Virus record (IMG/VR): IMGVR_UViG_3300007735_000776
Coordinates: 1 to 62,893 of that record
Strand: one strand, 5' to 3'
DNA from: a virus
Lineage: Duplodnaviria; Caudoviricetes
Length of the DNA stretch: 62,893 nucleotides
A program made the position numbers and the translations under genes. Below the pieces are notes generated by a model, which was not told the DNA's origin, did no database searches, and saw only the letters and a list, made by a program, of their open reading frames with translations. Below, one piece after another: positions 18,013 through 26,247 of the stretch (its first letter is position 1; each line of letters begins with the position of its first letter).

Positions 18013-18187
18013 GGTAGTTGATTACGCCTATCCCACGATGATGGCAGAGAAAGCATTGAAGAACCTGCACGAAGCCATGCTTGAGGGGAATCTTGATGAA
18101 GCTTTAGAGCACGCACGTAGAGCGCAAGCGGAGTGCAAGCTGGCGTACCACGCCATCCTAGTCGCGAAAGAAAAACACAATGGCTAA
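17999..18187 (+). CDS. Hypothetical protein
   Basis: Start trimmed to ATG 17999 after GGAG. Confidence 0.6.
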   Translation: MEVAKVVDYAYPTMMAEKALKNLHEAMLEGNLDEALEHARRAQAECKLAYHAILVAKEKHNG

Positions 18188-18854
18188 TGTATCTTGGTCG
18201 TACTCATCGCTGGACTTGTTCAAGCTTTGTCCGCACAAGTATTACAGACTGCGGGTCAAGAAGGATGTCGTTGATCCCCCACAAGACCACCTGAAATTTG
18301 GTTTGGCTGTGCACAAAGTAGCGGAGGATTACATAAGAGATGGCACTCCCATCCCCCCGCAGTACAGTGCCATGCTGGAGCCGCTAAAACGTATCCGTGC
18401 AATGGAAGGGGAGAAGCTATGCGAACAACGGCTTGGGCTGACTAGAGATTTGCAACCTTGTAAGTTCGGGGCAAAGGATGTCTGGTGGCGGGGTGTCGCT
18501 GACCTGATCGTGCTGCGTGGCAACAAGGCATACGTATTGGATTACAAAACAAGTAAGTCCTCTAAGTACGCCGACACCAAGCAGCTTGAGATACTGTCGC
18601 TGGCTTTGTTCAAGCACTTCCCGCAAATACGGAAGATTAAGGCGGGTCTGCTGTTCGTGGTGGCAAATGATTTTGTGACAACAGAGTACGAAAAAGACAG
18701 CGCGGGAACCTACTGGACGAGGTGGATTGATGATGTTAATCGGCTGGAAAAAGCCGTAGAATTAAACGTATGGAACCCGCGCCCGAACTTCACCTGTGGG
18801 CAGTGGTGCCCTGTTAAGGATTGTATCCATAACGGTAAGGAGGGTTACAGATGA
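18180..18854 (+). CDS. PD-(D/E)XK Cas4/RecB-like exonuclease
   Basis: SYS.L..F..CP, G...H, D...DYKT, and a C-terminal C..WC....C. Confidence 0.85.
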   Translation: MANVSWSYSSLDLFKLCPHKYYRLRVKKDVVDPPQDHLKFGLAVHKVAEDYIRDGTPIPPQYSAMLEPLKRIRAMEGEKLCEQRLGLTRDLQPCKFGAKDVWWRGVADLIVLRGNKAYVLDYKTSKSSKYADTKQLEILSLALFKHFPQIRKIKAGLLFVVANDFVTTEYEKDSAGTYWTRWIDDVNRLEKAVELNVWNPRPNFTCGQWCPVKDCIHNGKEGYR

Positions 18855-19162
18855 GAACAGATTTGGCAGTCCGTTTAAGCGATCTTCCAGAAGAGGAAGG
18901 CGCACCGTGCTTCATGGATGTTGGGTACTTCACAGACCAAGACGTTGGTAACAGCGCACAGACGATGCTTACTTTATCTGACGTTGGCGGCGCATGTATA
19001 AACTTGTACATTAAAAACAAGTACAAGGAAGATGAGGTGATTAAGATCGAAGACGTAGACAGCATTACCGTTGAGTTCTACGGAAGTGTTGAGCGTAGTG
19101 AATTTTTGCGTGGTCTACAGATGATCCTAGCCGCAGAGAAGATCACAGAAATTCTTACGTAG
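18851..19162 (+). CDS. Hypothetical protein
   Basis: Coupled acidic 103-aa ORF. Confidence 0.6.
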   Translation: MRTDLAVRLSDLPEEEGAPCFMDVGYFTDQDVGNSAQTMLTLSDVGGACINLYIKNKYKEDEVIKIEDVDSITVEFYGSVERSEFLRGLQMILAAEKITEILT

Positions 19163-19172
19163 CGAGGCTACC

Positions 19173-19469
19173 ATGCCGTACAAAAACAAAGAGGATCGGA
19201 ATTACAAACAAGAGTATGCGACGTATCAGGGCACTGACGTACAGAAAAAGCAACGTGCCGAACGTAACGCAGCAAGACGCAAGTTGTTGAAAGATGGCAA
19301 GGTTCACAAGGGCGATGGCAAAGATGTAGCGCATAAGAAAGCCATCGACAAAGGGGGTTCCACAAAAGATGGAGTCCGTGTAGAATCAAAATCAGCAAAT
19401 AGATCGTTTCGTCGTGACAGCAAAGGGAACTTGGTTTCCGAGAAGAGCAAGCGCGAAGCGAAGAAGTAA
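19173..19469 (+). CDS. Small HNH-like endonuclease
   Basis: RN.ARR...GDGKDVAHKK....GG......V.S.S.NRS. Confidence 0.6.
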   Translation: MPYKNKEDRNYKQEYATYQGTDVQKKQRAERNAARRKLLKDGKVHKGDGKDVAHKKAIDKGGSTKDGVRVESKSANRSFRRDSKGNLVSEKSKREAKK

Positions 19470-19543
19470 GTAGTTTACAAAGTTTTGTTCGTTAGGCTGC
19501 GAGTGGAAATACCACTTTCGGCCTATCGGCGTCTGGAGAAAGA

Positions 19544-21091
19544 GTGCAAATCATAGACAACAAGGCGTTGCTGCTGCGAGTAAAAGAACCAAACCGCATC
19601 ACAACCGTTATACCAAAAGCAAAAGTCCTAGACACAGGCGAGGTGCTTGTGAAATGGGGGTTGGAAGAAGCGCAGGTGCTGAAGAACTTGCGCATCAAGA
19701 ATGTTCCATCACCAATCAAAAACAAGTATTCGTGGCCCGGACTTTATAAGCCGTTCGACCATCAGAAAGAAACCGCTTCATTCCTCACCCTGCACAAACG
19801 AGCGTTCTGCTTCAACGAGCAGGGTACTGGCAAAACATCGAGCGTTATCTGGGCGGCAGACTATCTGCTGAACGAGGGAGCCATCAAGCGGGTGTTGGTG
19901 CTGTGTCCGCTATCCATCATGCAGTCGGCGTGGGAGACAGACTTATTCAGGTTTGCCATGCACCGCACGTGCGCAATCGCACACAGCTACTCCAGAGAGA
20001 AACGAGCCGAGGCAATTAACAGCGAAGCTGAGTTCGTGATCATCAACTACGACGGAGTAGAGATAGTCAAAGACGAGATCATTAAAGCTAACTTTGACTT
20101 GATCGTGGTGGACGAGGCCAACGCCTATAAAAATATTCAGACAAAACGCTGGAAAACTTTTGCGTCCATCATCAAGCCGAACACATGGGTCTGGATGCTG
20201 ACCGGAACCCCTGCCTCGCAATCCCCAACGGACGCATACGGCCTTGCCAAAATTATCAATCCGGGCGGCGTACCTAAGTTCTACGGTGCTTTCCGAGACA
20301 TGGTGATGCAGCGCATTACGCAGTTCAAGTGGATACCGAAGCCCCGCTCAGAGCAGATAATCCACGAGGTCTTGCAGCCAGCCATACGGTTTACCAAAGC
20401 TGAGTGCCTCGACCTGCCAGACATGACATACGTAACGAGAAACGTGCCACTGTCCGCACAGCAAAAGAAGTTCTACGAGATCATCCGCAGAGATATGATG
20501 ACCGTAGCCGCAGGAGAAGAAATTACCACAGTCAACGCAGCCGCAAACTTAAACAAGTTATTGCAGTTGTCATGCGGTGCTGTGTACTCAGATACAGGTG
20601 AAGTCGTAGCGTTCGACGCCAAGAACCGGATGGCTGCTTTGTTAGAAGTTATTGAGGAAGCCAGCCACAAGGTCATCGTGTTCGCACCGTTCAAGCATGC
20701 TATCGAGATCGTCGCTGAAGAATTAAAGAAAAACAACATTAGCACCGAAGTAATACATGGCGGCATCAGTGCTACAAGACGCACGGAAATCTTTGCAAAT
20801 TTCCAAACAGAGACAAACCCACAAGTGCTGGTCATCCAACCACAAGCTGCTGCGCATGGCGTAACACTACATGCTGCAAACGTCGTTGTGTGGTGGGGTC
20901 CGATTACATCTATTGAAACATACTTACAAGCCAACGCTCGTGTTCATCGGGCCGGACAACGTAATCCATGCACCGTAGTACATCTTCAGGGGAGTCCAGT
21001 GGAGCAACGCATCTACAAGATGTTGTCTGAAAAAGTAGACATACATTCGAAGCTAATCGACCTGTATAAAAATGTGATGCAAGACGCTTGA
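19544..21091 (+). CDS. SNF2-family (SF2) helicase
   Basis: QGTGKT, DEAN, TGTP and QANARVHRAGQ motifs. Confidence 0.92.
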   Translation: MQIIDNKALLLRVKEPNRITTVIPKAKVLDTGEVLVKWGLEEAQVLKNLRIKNVPSPIKNKYSWPGLYKPFDHQKETASFLTLHKRAFCFNEQGTGKTSSVIWAADYLLNEGAIKRVLVLCPLSIMQSAWETDLFRFAMHRTCAIAHSYSREKRAEAINSEAEFVIINYDGVEIVKDEIIKANFDLIVVDEANAYKNIQTKRWKTFASIIKPNTWVWMLTGTPASQSPTDAYGLAKIINPGGVPKFYGAFRDMVMQRITQFKWIPKPRSEQIIHEVLQPAIRFTKAECLDLPDMTYVTRNVPLSAQQKKFYEIIRRDMMTVAAGEEITTVNAAANLNKLLQLSCGAVYSDTGEVVAFDAKNRMAALLEVIEEASHKVIVFAPFKHAIEIVAEELKKNNISTEVIHGGISATRRTEIFANFQTETNPQVLVIQPQAAAHGVTLHAANVVVWWGPITSIETYLQANARVHRAGQRNPCTVVHLQGSPVEQRIYKMLSEKVDIHSKLIDLYKNVMQDA

Positions 21092-21116
21092 CAATGTAAC
21101 ACTGTAAAGTTAAACT
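21088..21116 (+). promoter_or_regulatory. Sigma70-type promoter
   Basis: TTGACA, 17 nt, TAAACT. Confidence 0.65.
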
Positions 21117-21122
21117 GGGCAC

Positions 21123-21542
21123 ATGAGATATAGACTATCGATCCCAACCGCGACAGAACTACACAGCATCCTCGAATACCACGATGGCTGCTTGTATTGG
21201 AAGGTTACTGCGCATGGTAAACCTACTGACGAACGAATACGTGCTGGCTATCTAAATAGAGTCAGTGGGTATAGAGGAATTACCATCAACGGTACTACAT
21301 ACGCAGAACATAGAATTATTTGGAGAATGTTTCATCCACGAGGACCAATGCCTTTCGTTTTAGACCACATAGATGGTAATCGTAGTCACAACCGCATCGA
21401 AAATCTTCGAAGATACACCGAGAGCGGTAATCAAAATAATCGGCACCTTGGCATGGCACCAAAGGTACGAAGCTCGGGAAGATTAAAACGCCTTTTACAA
21501 ACGAAGGAGAGTGCAAATGTCAGACCCCATCAACGCCGATAG
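21123..21542 (+). CDS. HNH homing endonuclease (free-standing)
   Basis: G.LYW, HRIIW, DHIDGNRSHNRIENLR. Confidence 0.9.
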   Translation: MRYRLSIPTATELHSILEYHDGCLYWKVTAHGKPTDERIRAGYLNRVSGYRGITINGTTYAEHRIIWRMFHPRGPMPFVLDHIDGNRSHNRIENLRRYTESGNQNNRHLGMAPKVRSSGRLKRLLQTKESANVRPHQRR

Positions 21543-21900
21543 ACTTGCAAAGGTCTACGTCAAAATACGCGAGAAGCGTCGCGAACTTGCCAAGCAAGAT
21601 AAAGAACTCGAAGAGCAACTAGATGCAGTTGCTAGACAGTTGCTTGAGATTTGCAAAGAGCAAGGAGCCGCAACGATACGCACATCACACGGAACCATCT
21701 CACGCAGAACCACGAAGCGATTCTGGCCTACCGATTGGGATGAGTTCTATAAATTCATCAAGGATCAAGACGCGATGTCGCTTCTTTATCAACGCATCAA
21801 TACAGCAAACATGGAACAGTTTCTTGAAGAAAACCCCGATCTCCATCCGCCGGGGCTGAACGCGGATGTTTCTCAATCCATTGTTATCGTTAAACGCTAG
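21517..21900 (+). CDS. Conserved hypothetical protein of the replication module
   Basis: ATG 21517 after GGAGAGTGCAA; YVKIR and DWDEFYKFI motifs. Confidence 0.75.
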   Translation: MSDPINADRLAKVYVKIREKRRELAKQDKELEEQLDAVARQLLEICKEQGAATIRTSHGTISRRTTKRFWPTDWDEFYKFIKDQDAMSLLYQRINTANMEQFLEENPDLHPPGLNADVSQSIVIVKR

Positions 21901-21910
21901 GAGAGTGCAA

Positions 21911-22801
21911 ATGAGTAACGAACTTGCAGTGCTTGACCAAGGTCTGCCTTCATACCTTAAAAATGCTGAACTGGATGCCACAACTAAAGCCCTCATGGGT
22001 GGCGGTGGTGGTGAGTCAAAACGTATCTCCATCAAGGGCGGTGTATGGCGCATGATGGTCAACGGCAAAGAGATTGCTAAGAACGAAGACCGCTCGATGA
22101 ATGTAGTTGTCGTAGCGGCTGCGGAGAAAGTATCGCGCACGTTCTATGCAAAGCAGTATTCGGAAGGCAGTGAAGTGACTGCACCTGACTGCTGGTCTGC
22201 CAACGGCGAAATGCCTGACGCAAAAGCCAAGAACCCACAGGCTAAGCGTTGCCTAGACTGCCCACAGAACGAGCGTGGTTCTGGTCAAGGTGACAGCCGT
22301 GCTTGCCGCTACAGCCAGCGTCTTGCAGTCGTGCTTGCCAATGACATCAGAGGAGACATCTTCCAACTGACGCTTCCTGCTGCTTCTATCTTTGGTGCTG
22401 GTGAAGCTGGTAAGTGGCCTTTGCAAACATACGCCAAGATGATTGGTAGCAAGGGTGTTCCCATCACTGCTGTGGTGACTGAGATGCGCTTTGATACTGA
22501 CAGCGCTACACCGAAGCTGACGTTCAAGCCAGTACGTGTTCTGGAGCCACAAGAGCACGAGGCGGCTATTACTCAAGGCAAGAGCCCCGCTGCGTTACGT
22601 GCCATCACCATGACGGTTGCTGAAGCAGATGGTGTGAAGATTCCTGAAGTTGAGTTTGAAACCGTGAAGCCCAAAGCTAAAGCGGTAGAAGCTGTAGAAG
22701 CCGTGGTTGAAGAAGAGCCTGTCAAACGAGTAGCGAAGAAAGAAGAAGCACCGACTGAAAAGAAAGACCTGTCAAAAATCCTTGACGAGTGGGATGACTG
22801 A
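21911..22801 (+). CDS. Probable ssDNA-binding protein (Cys-containing, acidic tail)
   Basis: PDCWS..G, CLDCPQN, RACR and an acidic LDEWDD C-terminus; located in the replication module. Confidence 0.55.
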   Translation: MSNELAVLDQGLPSYLKNAELDATTKALMGGGGGESKRISIKGGVWRMMVNGKEIAKNEDRSMNVVVVAAAEKVSRTFYAKQYSEGSEVTAPDCWSANGEMPDAKAKNPQAKRCLDCPQNERGSGQGDSRACRYSQRLAVVLANDIRGDIFQLTLPAASIFGAGEAGKWPLQTYAKMIGSKGVPITAVVTEMRFDTDSATPKLTFKPVRVLEPQEHEAAITQGKSPAALRAITMTVAEADGVKIPEVEFETVKPKAKAVEAVEAVVEEEPVKRVAKKEEAPTEKKDLSKILDEWDD

Positions 22802-22802
22802 T

Positions 22803-23033
22803 ATGGCTAATGGATATTCGCTACTCACCATAGAGGAAATCCGAAGGGCTGATCAAAGACTACTTGGAGTGCAGTTAGGCAAGATTTGTCTCAGGGATAA
22901 CATACCTGTTACCGATGTTGCTGAGTTCTTTAAGGTCAGTCGGGTGACTGTTTACAACTGGTTCAAAGGTAAAGCAGTCGTCTCCGGTAAACATGCAGAC
23001 CGCATGCAAAAGCTAATCCAAAAGTTAGCTTGA
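22803..23033 (+). CDS. Cro-like HTH protein
   Basis: VTDVAEFFKVSRVTVYNWFKG. Confidence 0.75.
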   Translation: MANGYSLLTIEEIRRADQRLLGVQLGKICLRDNIPVTDVAEFFKVSRVTVYNWFKGKAVVSGKHADRMQKLIQKLA

Positions 23034-23042
23034 TAAGTTGTA

Positions 23043-23123
23043 GGGGGGCTAGGTTAGCTACCGAAGAGGGCGTTACCGTCACGCCTCTGCCCATCCTCTT
23101 TTGACGGTTTGTTAAGGACGGTT
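23043..23123 (+). ncRNA. Candidate structured cis-regulatory leader (pseudoknot) of the primase gene
   Basis: Stem 23065-73/23081-88, with the loop complementary to both 23102-08 and 23117-22. Confidence 0.45.
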
Positions 23124-26000
23124 ATGCTCTCTCGCAAAGAATTTTTTGCACTGGTGCTACCACCTCTTGAAGAAGGTGAACACTACTGCAATTGGGGCAA
23201 TAAAAAAGAACTAGTAGAAGAAGATGGCGAGTCAAAGCTAAAAGATGTTGTACGGCAACGGTTTGCTGGAAGTATTGACGCTCTCAGTGATCAAGCTGAT
23301 GCGCTTCAGGCGAATGGCTTTAACTCCTTCTTTGCATTAGCAAAATTTGGTGCGATTAAGAACGGACGCTATGCGGCTAATGCAATTGCGTTGAAGTCGT
23401 TCTTTATAGACCTCGACTGCGGGGAGAACAAGCCGTACCCCACTTTAGATGACGGTCTAGCAGCACTCAAAAATTTCTGCAAACAAACTGGGCTACCGAA
23501 GCCGACCATTCTTAGGTCTGGGCGCGGTGCGCATGTGTACTGGATTCTGGAAGAGGCCATCTCCAAAGAAGAATGGAAGCCGATGGCTGAGCAGCTAAAG
23601 CGGCTGTGCACAGAAAACAAGTTTGATATTGACTACGCTGTACCAGCGGACGCGGCACGTGTATTGCGGGTTCCTGAAACAAACCACCTGAAAGACCCGA
23701 CCAACCCGATACCGTGTGAGATTCTGTATCTGGCATCCACCGTAACTAACGAGGACATAAAAGAATTATTAAAGCCTTCCGAGTCGGTGCTGGATGAGAT
23801 TGCCAAAGAGTATGGCAAGCGTCCGTTAGACCCAACTACGCTGGCGTTGATAGGCGCAAGTCAGTCGCGCTTCAAGACAATTCTGCTTAAGTCCATCGAA
23901 GGCAACGGCTGCGCTCAGATTCTAAACATCTACAACAACCAAGACACCATCGAAGAGCCGTTGTGGAGGGGAGGGCTGTCAATCGCGCAGCAGTGTGTTG
24001 ATCGTGATAAAGCCATTCACAATATTAGTAAGCGGTATCCGGGGTACTCAGCTTCAAATACAGAGAAGAAAGCTAACGAGACTAAGGGTCCTTACACTTG
24101 CGAGACATTCAAAAAGTTAAATCCTGTTGGCTGCGAAGGATGTGAGCACAAGATTACGTCACCGATCCAGCTTGGAAAAGAAATTGTAGAAGCTACCGAA
24201 GAGGATAGCGTCGTCACAGGCGTAGTGCCGCAGACGCAAGAGGTGAAAGAGTATGTAATCCCCAAGTATCCGTTTCCATTCTTCCGTGGCAAGAACGGTG
24301 GGGTGTTTATACGCGCCAAGAACAAGGACGATGAAGAGGTTGAGGAAGTTGTATATCCATACGACTTCTACGTAGTGAAGCGTATGACTGACCCGGACTT
24401 GGGGGAAACAATCCTGCTACGTCTCCATCTACCGAAAGACGGTGTGCGTGAGTTCATCTTGCCGCTGTCCTCGGTGTTGTCAAAAGATAAGTTCAGGGAA
24501 GCCATAGCACAGCAAGGGATAGCCGCCTTGAGTAAGCAGCAAGACACTCTTATGTGGTACGTGACTAAATGGGTAGAAGATTTGCAAATGAAAACTCAAG
24601 CAGAAAAAGCACACAAACAGTTTGGGTGGATAGAAGACGAGTCCGGCATCATCATTGGGGATAGGGAGATCAGACCAACTGAAACGGTATATAGCCCACC
24701 ATCTGCACCGACGCTGCCGCTCATACCGCTCTTCACCCCCAAAGGCGACTTCCACATCTGGAAGGATGTCATCAACGCCTACGGTAGACCGGACATGCAG
24801 AATCGGGCGTTTGCCTTCTTCATGGGGTTTGGCACTCTGCTACTTCGCTTGACCCCGCTAGATGGGTTTCTGGTGAACTTGATGAGCCGCGAGTCTGGAT
24901 CAGGAAAGACCACAATTTTACATGCCATCAACAGCATCTACGGCAGACCCAAAGAGTTGATGCTTGCGCCTAAAGATACGTACAACTCGCGGATGCAGCG
25001 GCTTGGCACTATGCAGAGTCTTGCAGTCACGATGGACGAGATCACTAACATGCCGCCGGATCAGATGTCACAACAAATTTATGACGTGACTTCTGGGCGG
25101 GGTAAGAACCGCATGAGCCGCCATGAGAACGCAGAACGTATCAACCACACCAAGTTTGCAACTGGCTTGATCACATCGAGTAACCGGTCCGTGCCCGACG
25201 CGCTACTTTCTATAAAAGGTTTTCCTGATGGTGAGTTGAACCGTATCTTGGAGATCAACGTAAAGCCAGACCCCCACAATGATCCTTTGTGGTCACGCAG
25301 CCATTTCAGTCGGCTGTTAGACAACTATGGGCATGCGATTGAGCCTTACTCCAAAGCGGTGCTTGGGCAGTTGCCTATGGTTAAGCAGAAGATGGAGGAG
25401 TTTCTAACCCGAATAGAAACCGCAGCGGATATTAGAAGCACAGAACGCTACTGGTCAACTATGGTCATGCTGAGTGTTACTGGAGGAGCGATTGCCAAAC
25501 AGCTAGGACTGCACGACATTGCCATCAAGCCTGTGTTTGATTACGGTGTAGAACTAATCAAGACAACTCGTACTCACATCAAAGAGAACATGCTCGACGC
25601 CGAGGACTATCTAGGTGGGTTCTTGCAGCGGCACTTTCATGAGATTCTGGTCATCAATGGCACTCGTGATAAGCGTACTGGGTTGGAGCATGGCCCGATA
25701 CGTGAGCCACGTGGGGCGCTTAGCATCCGCTACGAGCCTGATACCAAGATGCTATTTATCGTCACGAAAGTTTATCGGGATGACTGCGCCAAGTCGCTCA
25801 CCAACTTTGAAGAGTCCTTGATACCGTACCGCAAGAACAAGGCTTTGGTTGAGATCAAGAAGAAGCGCATGACATCAGGAACTGTTGCCAACACGCAAGC
25901 ACCGGTTAGCGCCTTGTGCTTTGATACATCTAAGCTGGAATACTTCAGCGACACTGTGTTGCTTAAAGATGAAGATACTGGGTTTGCCGCTACTGATTGA
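23124..26000 (+). CDS. Primase (RepB/AEP-like) - DUF927 - helicase fusion
   Basis: FIDLD, SGRGAHVYW and D.ARVLRVP primase motifs; Cys cluster; SGSGKTT Walker A; TMDE Walker B. Confidence 0.85.
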   Translation: MLSRKEFFALVLPPLEEGEHYCNWGNKKELVEEDGESKLKDVVRQRFAGSIDALSDQADALQANGFNSFFALAKFGAIKNGRYAANAIALKSFFIDLDCGENKPYPTLDDGLAALKNFCKQTGLPKPTILRSGRGAHVYWILEEAISKEEWKPMAEQLKRLCTENKFDIDYAVPADAARVLRVPETNHLKDPTNPIPCEILYLASTVTNEDIKELLKPSESVLDEIAKEYGKRPLDPTTLALIGASQSRFKTILLKSIEGNGCAQILNIYNNQDTIEEPLWRGGLSIAQQCVDRDKAIHNISKRYPGYSASNTEKKANETKGPYTCETFKKLNPVGCEGCEHKITSPIQLGKEIVEATEEDSVVTGVVPQTQEVKEYVIPKYPFPFFRGKNGGVFIRAKNKDDEEVEEVVYPYDFYVVKRMTDPDLGETILLRLHLPKDGVREFILPLSSVLSKDKFREAIAQQGIAALSKQQDTLMWYVTKWVEDLQMKTQAEKAHKQFGWIEDESGIIIGDREIRPTETVYSPPSAPTLPLIPLFTPKGDFHIWKDVINAYGRPDMQNRAFAFFMGFGTLLLRLTPLDGFLVNLMSRESGSGKTTILHAINSIYGRPKELMLAPKDTYNSRMQRLGTMQSLAVTMDEITNMPPDQMSQQIYDVTSGRGKNRMSRHENAERINHTKFATGLITSSNRSVPDALLSIKGFPDGELNRILEINVKPDPHNDPLWSRSHFSRLLDNYGHAIEPYSKAVLGQLPMVKQKMEEFLTRIETAADIRSTERYWSTMVMLSVTGGAIAKQLGLHDIAIKPVFDYGVELIKTTRTHIKENMLDAEDYLGGFLQRHFHEILVINGTRDKRTGLEHGPIREPRGALSIRYEPDTKMLFIVTKVYRDDCAKSLTNFEESLIPYRKNKALVEIKKKRMTSGTVANTQAPVSALCFDTSKLEYFSDTVLLKDEDTGFAATD

Positions 26001-26220
26001 GTGGGATAAGTTCAAGCCGGGAACTTCGTTCTTTGTACCGTGCTTGGATCGGAAACTCACCCAGCGATTCGTTGAAGCGGAGGCAAAACGCTTGCGACTA
26101 AAGGTCATCTGTAAGCAAGTTGTGGAGAAGGGGAAGTATGGTTTACGGGTCTGGAGAGTTGAGGATATAATTCCCTCGCACTCTTCTTCTCCTTCGCTCC
26201 CTGTTGTTGAGAAGACTTAA
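25969..26220 (+). CDS. Small hypothetical protein
   Basis: W..F.PG.SFFVPC...GLRVWRV. Its low-complexity tail overlaps the candidate sRNA. Confidence 0.65.
   Translation: MKILGLPLLIEWDKFKPGTSFFVPCLDRKLTQRFVEAEAKRLRLKVICKQVVEKGKYGLRVWRVEDIIPSHSSSPSLPVVEKT
26142..26171 (+). promoter_or_regulatory. Putative promoter for the candidate sRNA
   Basis: TTTACG (26142-47), 18 nt, perfect TATAAT (26166-71). No + strand gene starts downstream. Confidence 0.5.
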
Positions 26221-26247
26221 CCCCCGGCAGGTCCGGGGGTCTTTTTT
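26178..26247 (+). ncRNA. Candidate trans-acting small RNA (~70 nt)
   Basis: Lies between the TATAAT and a terminator; 5' GCACUCU seed, internal hairpin, terminator hairpin. Confidence 0.5.
26220..26247 (+). terminator. Rho-independent terminator at the convergence of the two arms
   Basis: ACCCCCGG-CAGGT-CCGGGGGT followed by CTTTTTT. Confidence 0.85.

Noticed and set aside
18180-18854. Cas4-like gene as part of a CRISPR system
   Set aside because: There is no array or other cas gene; solo Cas4-like nucleases are ordinary in phage replication modules.
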